Source of the DNA: a virus
Virus record (IMG/VR): IMGVR_UViG_3300025769_000069
Strand: one strand, 5' to 3'
Length of the DNA: 64,000 nt
Below the pieces are notes generated by a model, which was not told the DNA's origin, ran no database searches, and saw only the letters and a list, made by a program, of their open reading frames with translations. Of this stretch, positions 1-8,877 are shown in pieces (the first letter of the stretch is position 1; every line of letters starts with the position of its first letter). The position numbers and the translations under genes were made by a program.

Positions 1-34
1 GACGACTGAGACGAAAGAAAACAGCATAAAAGTG

Positions 35-96
35 AAAAAAAGTGAGCTACTGCTCACTTTTTTGTTTACAATTGATTAGAAATAGTGTAGTATAAT
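35..96 (+). promoter_or_regulatory. Stem-loop plus sigma70-type early promoter cassette, copy 1
   Basis: AAAAAAAGTGAGC-tact-GCTCACTTTTTT hairpin (35-63), then GTTTACA (64-70), 17-bp spacer and TAGTAT (88-93); near-identical copy at 1132-1191. Confidence 0.8.
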
Positions 97-121
97 AATA
101 TAAGGAATGAAAGGAAACACT

Positions 122-451
122 ATGAAAGTCACAGTTTTACATATGGATCGCAACGAAATCACAGGCAACAAAGAAGGTTTTACACCTGTTGCTGAGGTTA
201 ACTTTGCTGATGGTCATAACACAATGGACATTCTAGAGTATGCATTCCGTTGGACTAACAACGTGATGGGTAGCTGGTCTAAAAAGATCGGTGAGGATGC
301 TAACGATGATGTGACTGTTCTTGTTGAGCGTGAGGATGGTTTAGGTCTTCGTTCTACATCAATGTTTGATCGTATGGAAATCGGTGGTATTGTTTATGAA
401 GTTTCAATGGTTGGGTTCAAAGAGCTTGGCTATGTAGAGGAGGTAGCGTAA
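122..451 (+). CDS. Hypothetical early protein
   Basis: ORF 107-451; ATG at 122 follows AAGGAAA RBS, directly downstream of the promoter. Confidence 0.75.
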   Translation: MKVTVLHMDRNEITGNKEGFTPVAEVNFADGHNTMDILEYAFRWTNNVMGSWSKKIGEDANDDVTVLVEREDGLGLRSTSMFDRMEIGGIVYEVSMVGFKELGYVEEVA

Positions 452-678
452 TGGAACGTCAATGGTTAGCAGATCAAATCTTTGTAGAAGAAGAACAGCG
501 TCGCATTGAACCATATACTATGCAAGGCGAACAATCTATCATGGTTCAGTCTGATATGAAGAAATGGGCTGAGAAGGAAGGCCACTGGCCAATGATGGAT
601 TATGTTCACATGATTGCAGCTCATGCGGTTGCTCGTGGTTGGACTCAAGAAGGCTTTACGGGAATGGAGATTTATTAA
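451..678 (+). CDS. Hypothetical protein
   Basis: TAATG coupling with upstream gene; GGAGG RBS. Confidence 0.75.
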   Translation: MERQWLADQIFVEEEQRRIEPYTMQGEQSIMVQSDMKKWAEKEGHWPMMDYVHMIAAHAVARGWTQEGFTGMEIY

Positions 679-908
679 TGACAACGTATCCCAATTTTGA
701 CATCATCGTAACAGACGGTATTCCTTTACACGGCTCTCCTCAAGACAGGGGTTCTGCTGACCGCTATTACAATCGTTCTTTTGAGCCTCACTATTGGCCG
801 TGTGGCACTTATAAAGGTGAGCGCGTTGAAGAAGATAATATGACTGTTGGTGAGATTGAAGCTTATCGTTATGGTTATGATAACGAGGAAGATCGTAAGG
901 AATGGTAA
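678..908 (+). CDS. Hypothetical protein (HGSPxDRGSADxYY motif)
   Basis: ORF 639-908; likely start at TAATG 678 with GGAG RBS; motif recalled from aquatic phage hypothetical proteins. Confidence 0.7.
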   Translation: MTTYPNFDIIVTDGIPLHGSPQDRGSADRYYNRSFEPHYWPCGTYKGERVEEDNMTVGEIEAYRYGYDNEEDRKEW

Positions 909-1142
909 ATGATTACTGTTGAATTCGATATGGATGAAACATATATTACCGTCATGGACGATACTGGAGAGCTAGAAGATGTTGGAGCTCTCCTTTATGA
1001 CGACTACTGCCACATACGACAATGGAACGAAAAGCTCAAGAGGTACGATGTTGTGACTTTAAAACCTGAAATGTATTTAAAACTAATGAAATCGTTTAAC
1101 TTGTCAGAAGGAACTTATGTTTTAGTAGCAGAAAAAAAATGA
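909..1142 (+). CDS. Hypothetical protein
   Basis: Abuts previous stop; ends within the second stem-loop. Confidence 0.7.
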   Translation: MITVEFDMDETYITVMDDTGELEDVGALLYDDYCHIRQWNEKLKRYDVVTLKPEMYLKLMKSFNLSEGTYVLVAEKK

Positions 1143-1191
1143 GCTGACTGCTCACTTTTTTGTTTACAATTGATTAGAAATAGTATAGTAT
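1132..1191 (+). promoter_or_regulatory. Stem-loop plus sigma70-type early promoter cassette, copy 2
   Basis: AAAAAAAATGAGC-tgact-GCTCACTTTTTT, TTTACA (1163-1168), 17-bp spacer, TAGTAT (1186-1191). Confidence 0.8.
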
Positions 1192-1216
1192 GGTTTTAGA
1201 TGATAAGGAGAATATT

Positions 1217-1474
1217 ATGACAATTGCTACATCATATGACGAACGTATGGCTTTAATCAAAAAAATTGCTGAACGTCGTAAAAAAATGGCTAAGGTTCGT
1301 AAACAATCTAAAACGGTTACTGAAACTGTTAACTATAAAACTGGTCCTAAGAAAATTGAAATTCCTCAGGACGACTCTAATATGTATCACTGGACTGATG
1401 CATCAAAATATGCTAAACAATATTACGGCGACGTAATGTTTGAAACAACAAGGTTTGATAATGATTGGGATTAA
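1217..1474 (+). CDS. Hypothetical basic protein
   Basis: ORF 1190-1474; AAGGAG RBS supports ATG at 1217. Confidence 0.75.
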   Translation: MTIATSYDERMALIKKIAERRKKMAKVRKQSKTVTETVNYKTGPKKIEIPQDDSNMYHWTDASKYAKQYYGDVMFETTRFDNDWD

Positions 1475-1553
1475 TGAAATCTTTTGGGGAATGATCATAG
1501 GATTTTTTATGATCGCTATTGATTTTTACTTTATACCAGGAGGGATATATTAA
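1461..1553 (+). CDS. 30-aa hydrophobic microprotein (not in ORF track)
   Basis: MIGINEIFWGMIIGFFMIAIDFYFIPGGIY*; AAGG upstream; stop overlaps next ATG (TAATG); fills the gap exactly. Confidence 0.6.
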   Translation: MIGINEIFWGMIIGFFMIAIDFYFIPGGIY

Positions 1554-1762
1554 TGGTAAGAACTGTTCACTATGTAGGCATGGATCAAGCAACTTATCAA
1601 CGGGCTCGTAGAGTCTGGGGTGGTCCTGCATACTATCACAAGTGGATGGACGACCGTGTTTGGACTGAAGTTGGGGATGCTGACGTTGTTGTTGTTGGTG
1701 ATCCAAAATACAGCCCATATGTTTGGGACGCATCTGCTGTCCCTGCTCAATATACTGATTGA
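1553..1762 (+). CDS. Hypothetical protein
   Basis: GGAGGG RBS; operon context. Confidence 0.75.
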   Translation: MVRTVHYVGMDQATYQRARRVWGGPAYYHKWMDDRVWTEVGDADVVVVGDPKYSPYVWDASAVPAQYTD

Positions 1763-2052
1763 AAGGAAATATAATGATCTTAAATGAACATGAGGATGGT
1801 ACTATGACATATGATCGCAGTTGGATGATTGATGAATTGCGAAAGCGTGATTGCCGAGTAATCTTTAAAAAAGCAAATGGCGAAACCAGAGATATGCTCT
1901 GCACACTACGTGAAGATGCAATTCCGGCTTTTACATCTGATAATAACACAAATAAAGAAAATGGTTACACACAAGATGCCATTCGTGTTATTGATGTGAG
2001 CAAAGGAGAGTGGCGTTCATTTCGTATTGATAGTATCATCTCTTTTAGCTGA
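1759..2052 (+). CDS. WYL_2-like (Sm/SH3-barrel) protein
   Basis: VIFKKANGETRDMLCTL...DVSKGEWRSFRIDSI motif; true start may be 1774. Confidence 0.65.
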   Translation: MKGNIMILNEHEDGTMTYDRSWMIDELRKRDCRVIFKKANGETRDMLCTLREDAIPAFTSDNNTNKENGYTQDAIRVIDVSKGEWRSFRIDSIISFS

Positions 2053-2060
2053 TATAAATA
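2053..2060 (+). promoter_or_regulatory. T4-type late promoter
   Basis: Intergenic TATAAATA. Confidence 0.65.
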
Positions 2061-2079
2061 ATAAGAAACGGAGAATTGT

Positions 2080-2280
2080 ATGTTCATAGATCCTATCATT
2101 ATTCAATGGGTAATTTTCTTTGCTGCCAGTGTTTGTGCTTTTATGATTGGCTACTCAGTAAATAACATATCAAAAGATAAGATTATTGAAACTACAATTC
2201 TCTGGTTAGTTGATAATAAATTGGTCAAGTGGAAGAAAGATGAAAACGGCGAAATTGAACTTCTTCCACTTGATGAATAA
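2080..2280 (+). CDS. Small membrane protein
   Basis: N-terminal hydrophobic helix IIIQWVIFFAASVCAFMIGY; GGAG RBS. Confidence 0.7.
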   Translation: MFIDPIIIQWVIFFAASVCAFMIGYSVNNISKDKIIETTILWLVDNKLVKWKKDENGEIELLPLDE

Positions 2281-2307
2281 CTAATTGATTCCATTGAAAA
2301 CTTTTTT

Positions 2308-2337
2308 GTGTACATTACTGCAAAAATGTGGTAGAAT
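2308..2337 (+). promoter_or_regulatory. Sigma70-type early/middle promoter
   Basis: TGTACA (2309-2314), 17 bp, TGG-TAGAAT (2332-2337). Confidence 0.65.
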
Positions 2338-2364
2338 ATATTATAATTTGATGATGGAGGAATC

Positions 2365-2928
2365 ATGGCTACAAAACGTCAAAAAATTAGAGAACAATTG
2401 GCTGCAGACTCAAAACTAAAGCCAATTAAAAAGACCCGTAAGAAACGTCAAATGACAGAAGAACAAAAAGCAGCAATAGTAGATCGCTTGGCGAAAGCTC
2501 GTGCTGCTCGGGGTCCAGCTAAAAATCTTTCTATTGACGAGTCTATTCGGGATCTTCCTGCTGAGCATTCGCTGTCTCCAGCTAAAGTGAAAGAATGGAT
2601 TAAGGAGCAAAAAGATTTAATTAAAGGATTAGGTAAAGAAGCAAAAGAAAGTAAGGATAAAAATCTCCGTCAATTATATTGGGAAACTGAAACTTACATC
2701 TTTAATTTGCAACGTTACCTTGGTGATGGCATCTATCGTGATAACCGATATGGCGCTCAAAAACAAAATACTATACAACACAGATCAGTAGCGATGGCAT
2801 ACTATCCTGATGGTACGCCAAAACGAACACCTGGTGTATATTATCCAGATATTGGAGATGTATATACTAATGAAATGGCCATTGAGGATCATGTCAACAG
2901 CAGAAAAAAAGTTTCTAACAAAAAGTGA
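2365..2928 (+). CDS. Basic hypothetical protein
   Basis: GGAGG RBS; Lys/Arg-rich N-terminus; lies upstream of gp33. Confidence 0.75.
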   Translation: MATKRQKIREQLAADSKLKPIKKTRKKRQMTEEQKAAIVDRLAKARAARGPAKNLSIDESIRDLPAEHSLSPAKVKEWIKEQKDLIKGLGKEAKESKDKNLRQLYWETETYIFNLQRYLGDGIYRDNRYGAQKQNTIQHRSVAMAYYPDGTPKRTPGVYYPDIGDVYTNEMAIEDHVNSRKKVSNKK

Positions 2929-3124
2929 GTTCACTAAGTTAGTAGTGGATACCGTAAAATCGCACAAGTCCTCGTATATGGATGCTATTATACACTTGTG
3001 CGATCAACACAATATTGAAATGGAGGATATAAAAAAATATATTTCTCCAGTCATTAAAAACAAACTTGAGGCAGAAGCAATGAAATTAAATTTTTTGCCT
3101 CAAGAAAACAGTTTACCAATCTAA
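2891..3124 (+). CDS. 33: Late promoter transcription co-activator gp33
   Basis: SYMDAIIHLC...ISPVIKNKLEAEAMKLNFL motif; GAGG RBS before ATG 2891; adjacent to gp32. Confidence 0.85.
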   Translation: MSTAEKKFLTKSEFTKLVVDTVKSHKSSYMDAIIHLCDQHNIEMEDIKKYISPVIKNKLEAEAMKLNFLPQENSLPI

Positions 3125-3140
3125 AAAAATATGGTAGAAT
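3111..3140 (+). promoter_or_regulatory. Sigma70-type promoter for gp32
   Basis: GTTTACC (3111-3117), 17 bp, TGG-TAGAAT (3135-3140). Confidence 0.65.
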
Positions 3141-3176
3141 ACTTCAGTAATATTTCAGCAAATAAGGAAAACAAAT

Positions 3177-4100
3177 ATGTCTTTTGCAAATCTAAAACGT
3201 AACCGTACAGACTTTTCTAAACTTATCAATGCAGCTCAGTCTGTTGGTGGTGGAGAACAAAAATCATATGGTGATGACCGTATGTGGAAACCTACAGTAG
3301 ATAAAGCAGGCAATGGCTATGCTATCCTACGATTCCTCCCCGCTAAAGAAGGCCAGGATATTCCTTGGGTTCGCTATTGGGACCACGGATTTAAAGGGCC
3401 AACAGGTCAATGGTACATTGAAAAATCTCTAACATCCATTGGTCAACAAGATCCTGTATCTGAATTGAATACTCGTCTATGGAATTCAGGTATTGAAGAT
3501 GATAAGGATACTGTACGCAAGCAAAAGCGTCGACTACATTATGTTGTTAATGCGTTGGTAGTCTCAGATCCAGGTAATCCTGCCAATGAAGGTAAAGTCT
3601 TTATGTACCAGTTTGGTAAGAAAATCTTTGATAAGATTATGGATCTAATGCAGCCTCAATTCCCAGATGAAAAGCCAGTAAATCCATTTGACTTTTGGGA
3701 TGGTGCGGATTTTGTACTAAAAATTCGTAACGTTGAGGGTTACCGTAACTATGACAAATCAGAGTTCCGTTCACCAGAGCCTCTCTACGATGGTGACGAA
3801 TCTCGTCTAGAAGCAATTTATGATAGTCTATATGATATTTCAGAGTTTACTGATCCTAAGAACTATAAAACTTATGATGAGCTAAAAGCGAAGATGTATC
3901 AAGTATTAGGTGAACAAGCTCCACGTACTGTAAAGCAGGAAGTGTCAATGGATCTCGATGATGAGATTCCTGACTTTCAATCAGCTCCCTCGCCAACTCA
4001 GACTGCAGCTCCTGAACCTACTATAAAAACGGCTGAATCCTCAATGGATGATGAGGATGATACAATGAGCTATTTCGCTAAACTGGCAGCGGAAGATTGA
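3177..4100 (+). CDS. 32: Single-stranded DNA-binding protein gp32
   Basis: DDRMWKP..DKAGNGYAILRFLP, GKKIFDKI, NPFDFWDGADF, acidic tail ending YFAKLAAED. Confidence 0.97.
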   Translation: MSFANLKRNRTDFSKLINAAQSVGGGEQKSYGDDRMWKPTVDKAGNGYAILRFLPAKEGQDIPWVRYWDHGFKGPTGQWYIEKSLTSIGQQDPVSELNTRLWNSGIEDDKDTVRKQKRRLHYVVNALVVSDPGNPANEGKVFMYQFGKKIFDKIMDLMQPQFPDEKPVNPFDFWDGADFVLKIRNVEGYRNYDKSEFRSPEPLYDGDESRLEAIYDSLYDISEFTDPKNYKTYDELKAKMYQVLGEQAPRTVKQEVSMDLDDEIPDFQSAPSPTQTAAPEPTIKTAESSMDDEDDTMSYFAKLAAED

Positions 4101-4103
4101 TTA

Positions 4104-6293
4104 CTACTGAACAGTAGCATTAATATCAAAAGGTGCAGGAGTTGGAGTATATTTCAATTGTTGATTAACAGTAGTTACGGTATTTTGGTTAACTAAATTA
4201 TTAATACTTCTAGTTAGTTCTTGCATATTAGTATTAAGTGGTTGTAATGCTTCTGAAGTAGTTCTAGGCCCTGGGTTTTGTAGATCAATTCCTAGGGCCT
4301 TATACATTTTCCCAACACCAGTTTCTAATTGTTCTAGGTTCTCATCAGTAAGATTATTTAAACCCCCACCAAAATAATACTTTTTGCCTAGCCATTTGTG
4401 GCTCAAAGTTCCACCTGTTAATATATTTCCTTTTTTTGGATCTGAAGGATCTGGCATAAAGTCTAATACTGTTGAAAGGTCTTGCATTATTTTTGATATG
4501 TTTTTACTTAGACCTTCTCCAATATTTGCACTCGCTATTTTATTAAATGATTTATAAAAACTATCTAAAGCAGCACTAAACATGTTTATTTTTTCAAAGA
4601 TCTTTTGATCTATAGTCATCAAAGGAGCCAATCCATCTAACATTGTCTCTATTGCACTCTTTTTACCTTCACCAAGATTCGTACCAAAAATAAAATTAAT
4701 TCCATTTGTAATAAAATCTTTTACTTTACTATAGAGTGATGCAGCTTCGTTCATACCTTCAGCTGTAAAGAAGCCAATCATTGCTAAAGATAAGTTTTTA
4801 AGTTCGCCTCCAATTTTCAAATTACTGATTTTTTCCATTTTTGACATAGCTGATTCATCAATAGCATTAATTGAATCATTGAATACTTTAAATGCTCCAG
4901 ACATACCTTGACTATCTGAAGCTTTCAATTTACCCAACCAACTCAGTGCAGCATCTCCTAATACGATACCGGCTAAAAATCCAGAGATGCCAACACCAAG
5001 TGCTGTCATAATTGCACCAATTCCACCAGCTGCCACTAGTGCAGAACCTGGAACTGCAGTACTTAAAACTCCAAGCCCAGTTGCCGTGGCAAGTATTAAG
5101 CCAAAGGCTTTTAGCGATTTTTCATTTAATGTTTCAACTGAATTATTAAATATTCCAAATGCTGAAACAATACCTGGACTATCTGAAGCTTTTAATTTAT
5201 TCAACCAACTTATCGCAACATCACCTAATATGAGGCCACCCAAAAATCCAGAGATACCTGCGCCAAGTGAAGTCATGAATGCGGCAGTCTTCGCCCCAGA
5301 AAGATTGAATTTTGCAGCTAGACCACTTATTCCCATGATTGCGCCTAAAGCGATAACTCCATCTTCAGTCAATCCAGTAATAGAATCCGAAAATCCTACT
5401 AAGGCTGTCTTTAAATGCGCAAAGTTTAAGTCAGCTCCTAGAGCTGAAGCTCCAGCTAAAAATGTATCGCCAAGTAATAGACCAGCTAAAAACGCTGTGA
5501 TACCAATACCCATCAACCCCATCGCTTTTGGAACTTCAGTACTTCCACCAGCAAGCCCAACAATAGCTGCAGCACCTAAAAGTCCAGCTAGAACCGTGAG
5601 CGATTTCTCATCAATTGATAAGATCATATCCGAGAAACCAACAGCTACTGCTTTTAGTCCAGCAAAATTAACTGCATTCTCACCTGCAAGAGCAGTGACT
5701 CCTTTGAATAGAGCGTCACCGGCTAATAGTCCAGCAAAGAATGCGCTAATACCAAAGCCCATAGAGCCTAACCCTTTAGCGGCTCTTGTACCACCAACAG
5801 CGCTGACTGCCATAATTCCACCAAGAACAACAAATGATTCTGGATCCATGCTTGTAATAATGTCTGAAAAGCCCATAGCTGCTTTTTTCAGACCTTCATA
5901 ATCCATTCCCTTTGTTTGTTGCAACCAATCAAGTCCGGCACTACCGGCGAGTAGCCCACCAAAGAAAGCAGGGATTGCAAGTCCCATTGCTACTATACCT
6001 TTAGCAGAGTTCATCATTCCAGCTCCTAGAGCTGCAAATCCCCCGCCAAGTCCGCCTAAGATACCACCAGCACCAATACCACCAGGAGCTGGAGCAGTTG
6101 TGCCTCTTCCAGCAATTCCACGAGTTCCACGAGATGATTCTCTTTGTGCTTCTAATTGAGATAAAGCTCGATCATCTTTATCTTTGACATAGTCAAAGTA
6201 CGCCGATATTTTTGCTTCAATTCTTGTTGTTGAAGAATAAAGCGAATCACTAGTTGGACCCAGTTTTTGGCTTATCTCTTGTAAACTTGACAT
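4104..6293 (-). CDS. Putative tape measure / baseplate hub protein (gp29-like)
   Basis: 729 aa, helical, about 5 Gly/Ala-rich hydrophobic repeats; follows gp26/gp51-like genes. Confidence 0.6.
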   Translation of the reverse strand: MSSLQEISQKLGPTSDSLYSSTTRIEAKISAYFDYVKDKDDRALSQLEAQRESSRGTRGIAGRGTTAPAPGGIGAGGILGGLGGGFAALGAGMMNSAKGIVAMGLAIPAFFGGLLAGSAGLDWLQQTKGMDYEGLKKAAMGFSDIITSMDPESFVVLGGIMAVSAVGGTRAAKGLGSMGFGISAFFAGLLAGDALFKGVTALAGENAVNFAGLKAVAVGFSDMILSIDEKSLTVLAGLLGAAAIVGLAGGSTEVPKAMGLMGIGITAFLAGLLLGDTFLAGASALGADLNFAHLKTALVGFSDSITGLTEDGVIALGAIMGISGLAAKFNLSGAKTAAFMTSLGAGISGFLGGLILGDVAISWLNKLKASDSPGIVSAFGIFNNSVETLNEKSLKAFGLILATATGLGVLSTAVPGSALVAAGGIGAIMTALGVGISGFLAGIVLGDAALSWLGKLKASDSQGMSGAFKVFNDSINAIDESAMSKMEKISNLKIGGELKNLSLAMIGFFTAEGMNEAASLYSKVKDFITNGINFIFGTNLGEGKKSAIETMLDGLAPLMTIDQKIFEKINMFSAALDSFYKSFNKIASANIGEGLSKNISKIMQDLSTVLDFMPDPSDPKKGNILTGGTLSHKWLGKKYYFGGGLNNLTDENLEQLETGVGKMYKALGIDLQNPGPRTTSEALQPLNTNMQELTRSINNLVNQNTVTTVNQQLKYTPTPAPFDINATVQ

Positions 6294-6294
6294 A

Positions 6295-6498
6295 TTATCT
6301 TCCTGACATTAATTTTTGACGATCCATTTCGTCTCTCTGCCCTTTTAGGTCTTCAGTTAACATAATCAAATAAATTTCCCTCTCCCATGGCATCATATCT
6401 TCTACTTCTTTTAACGAATAGTGGTGGTTTTGAATTAGTTGATAATTTACCTTATAATAATTTTCAAGTGTATCATGAGAAAGGCTTATTAAAAAAAA
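6295..6498 (-). CDS. gp51-like hub assembly ORF lacking its own 5' ATG; probable -1 frameshift extension of gp26
   Basis: FFLISLSHDTLENYYKVNYQLIQNHHYSLKEVEDMMPWEREIYLIML...GR*; MPWERxIY motif; frame opens at the T8 run. Confidence 0.75.
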   Translation of the reverse strand, partial: FFLISLSHDTLENYYKVNYQLIQNHHYSLKEVEDMMPWEREIYLIMLTEDLKGQRDEMDRQKLMSGR

Positions 6499-7199
6499 TC
6501 ATTCAGTCCTCTTAGTGTTCGTGTATTTTCTTTACCGCATGCTTCACAATTCCAATGAATATCAGTTGTAAGAGCTGGCATGGTTTCAAGGAAAGAAATA
6601 ATTGATCCAAGTTGATCTGTAGTAAGACTATCAACAAATTCAATTTTTTCTTCGTGTGTGTGGTCTTTAAATGTGATCTGCTCTTCAGCTGTAAGAACAG
6701 TGTCAATTGATGCCATAATTAATTCCATAATAGTTTCAGTTTGAGATCCAGAATTCTGTACTTGTAAAATTCTTTCATATGATGGATGGCTAACTTTCAA
6801 ACTTATTTCTTCTGTCAATTGAATAATAGAATAAGTTTCTTCCACTTCACTTACTTTTGCTTCATCAATGTTTACTTCAACGTCTGATTGGTGGTTGCAA
6901 TTTTCGTCTAAACATGCTGCTTTTAATTGAATATTTTCTCCAACAGATTTAGATCTAATCTTTGCAAATAAAAATTCAATATCATACATTGTCATGTGAT
7001 GTGTTTTTACTTCACTATCAACACATGCTGTAATAATATCACTAACTGCTTCTACTACCTGCCGGGAATCTTGACTTTCCATTGCCATTAAAAGTAGTTT
7101 TTGTTCTTTGACTAAAAATGGCCGGTATCTTACCGGCATATTTCTCGATGGTAGATTTACAGTATACTTTGGTAATGCATTTAATTTAGGTAATGCCAT
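6489..7199 (-). CDS. 26: Baseplate hub subunit / assembly chaperone gp26-like
   Basis: MALPKL..P.Y, YRPFLVKEQKLLL, DIEFLFAKIRSKSVGE, CxxC motifs, C-terminal GLNDFF. Confidence 0.85.
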   Translation of the reverse strand: MALPKLNALPKYTVNLPSRNMPVRYRPFLVKEQKLLLMAMESQDSRQVVEAVSDIITACVDSEVKTHHMTMYDIEFLFAKIRSKSVGENIQLKAACLDENCNHQSDVEVNIDEAKVSEVEETYSIIQLTEEISLKVSHPSYERILQVQNSGSQTETIMELIMASIDTVLTAEEQITFKDHTHEEKIEFVDSLTTDQLGSIISFLETMPALTTDIHWNCEACGKENTRTLRGLNDFF

Positions 7200-7212
7200 T
7201 TCAATTCATCCT

Positions 7213-7791
7213 TTATAATTCAATGGGTTTCCAGTTTCTATAAGATAACTGTACATTTATTTCAACAATATTTTGGTTTTCATTAGCGTACCCAATCCCG
7301 TTTAAAGTTGTTGGATAAGCATATTCTAATTTAACTCCATAGACTTTTTTAGAATCCGCATCAGGTTGTAAAAACCCCATGTTGTTTTCTTCAGTCATTT
7401 CGCTATTTTTCGATAATTGATAAATGGATACATCTTTTGCATATCCATTTGGTCCATGAGAATATCCTAGTTCAAAAGTTTCTGGATTTACTGCTAAAGC
7501 CTGCCATGCTTCGAAATATTTTCTAACATAAAAGTCATTCAAACATAAGAAGGTAGCAGAAACATCGGCCACAGCATATCCATATGCCACTTTTTCTAAG
7601 TGCATTCCAATTAATCTATCATTTGATGTGATTTGTCTTCCAGGAATGTTGACGTCTTTACATAATACATTTAATTCGTCAATTCCATCAAACCCTGGAA
7701 TTGCGGGAAGCTTAACTTCGAAAAGGTCAGCTAAAGCTATGCCACCTTTTTGCGATATTTTAGACTTAAGCTGATCGATAGAAAAAGCCAT
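7213..7791 (-). CDS. Tail-tube-fold protein (gp19/gp54-like)
   Basis: LCKDVNIPG, YFEAWQ, AYPTTL, VQLSYRNW tail-tube family pattern. Confidence 0.7.
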   Translation of the reverse strand: MAFSIDQLKSKISQKGGIALADLFEVKLPAIPGFDGIDELNVLCKDVNIPGRQITSNDRLIGMHLEKVAYGYAVADVSATFLCLNDFYVRKYFEAWQALAVNPETFELGYSHGPNGYAKDVSIYQLSKNSEMTEENNMGFLQPDADSKKVYGVKLEYAYPTTLNGIGYANENQNIVEINVQLSYRNWKPIEL

Positions 7792-8375
7792 TAAATTGCC
7801 TTTCTGGAATCTCTATACACTTCACTCCTAGACCCTTTTTGGAAATCTGCTGTTGGTAAGAACGTAGCAATTTCCCATTCAGGTGCTGGAACAAGTGCAA
7901 GGCGACTTCTAATATGAGAAGTCAAATAATGTTTAACACACGGTTTATAATATTTAAATTTTGCCGCCGCTTTCATCATTCTGTAACTTACCATAAATCT
8001 AGTATCATCAGTGTATAATTTATTATTAGCTGTATCAATAAGAGCATCCAAAAATTTTGCTCTTAAGATTGGTGGCAGATAATGTAAATTCATTCCCAAA
8101 AATCCACCTTCAGCTTTATCTAATACAATCACTAATGGAAAGCTATCATAATAAGATAATGTTTCTTTATGCTTTGGGTCATAGAAGAACATATACATTG
8201 ATCCAATTACTTGCCTATTCTTTAATTGAATAGGCTCTTCTTTCATCAGCGCATTTCTATTGATATTGCCAAGAGTGCTGGCTTTACGTCGAAACCAATC
8301 CCGAGACTCTTGTGTTCTGGGAGTGATTCCTTTTCTAAATGCTTCTAATTCTAGTTTTTGAAATAAATTTGACAT
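7791..8375 (-). CDS. 2: DNA end protector gp2
   Basis: MYMFFYDPKHKETLSYYDSFPLV, GMNLHYLPP, CVKHYL. Confidence 0.9.
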   Translation of the reverse strand: MSNLFQKLELEAFRKGITPRTQESRDWFRRKASTLGNINRNALMKEEPIQLKNRQVIGSMYMFFYDPKHKETLSYYDSFPLVIVLDKAEGGFLGMNLHYLPPILRAKFLDALIDTANNKLYTDDTRFMVSYRMMKAAAKFKYYKPCVKHYLTSHIRSRLALVPAPEWEIATFLPTADFQKGSRSEVYRDSRKAI

Positions 8376-8379
8376 AAAT

Positions 8380-8868
8380 CTATTTATTCTTCTTTCTCAT
8401 AGGTTTCAATGGCTTAATTGTTTTCTTTGGGTTTGGTAATATGCCCATTGTTTTTAGGGTGTTCTCGGTCCATATCTGAAACTCATAACCATTGTCTAGA
8501 GCGTATTTTTGAGCAGCAGACCATTTATTCATATTCTTTACGTATGTCAATCCTTCATTAATATATCGTTTTGTTTTACGTCCATTGAATGATGGAGGCT
8601 TTGTTTCTTTGTCTGGTTTGATTTCAACTAAAATAGTCTTGCCATCTTTAAAAGCAATTTTAAGATCCATAAAATATCTATGGTAGCGTTTATCCACTTC
8701 ATAGAAATATGGAATAACAGTTTCCTCACTTGACCAATGTTTTATTTTTGGATTATCATCACACCATTTAAAACATTGTCTTTCCCACATAGACCTAAAA
8801 ACTACATTATCAGGATCACCTTTATATTTCGAACGATGCTTAACTTTATAACGACCAGAATACGCCAT
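8380..8868 (-). CDS. 4: Head completion nuclease gp4
   Basis: MAYSGRY, KYKGD, RSMWE, WSSEE, HRYFMD, VEIKP, N..KW.AA. Confidence 0.92.
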   Translation of the reverse strand: MAYSGRYKVKHRSKYKGDPDNVVFRSMWERQCFKWCDDNPKIKHWSSEETVIPYFYEVDKRYHRYFMDLKIAFKDGKTILVEIKPDKETKPPSFNGRKTKRYINEGLTYVKNMNKWSAAQKYALDNGYEFQIWTENTLKTMGILPNPKKTIKPLKPMRKKNK

Positions 8869-8877
8869 GACTTTCCA

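Noticed and set aside
1413-1949. 178-aa minus-strand ORF
   Set aside because: Overlaps several coupled plus-strand genes that have good RBSs
2810-2890. Longer gp33 start
   Set aside because: Deep overlap with the upstream gene; RBS supports 2891
4987-5901. 304-aa Pro/Ala-rich plus-strand ORF
   Set aside because: Antisense shadow of the Gly/Ala-rich tape-measure-like gene; mirrors its repeats, with no evident RBS or promoter
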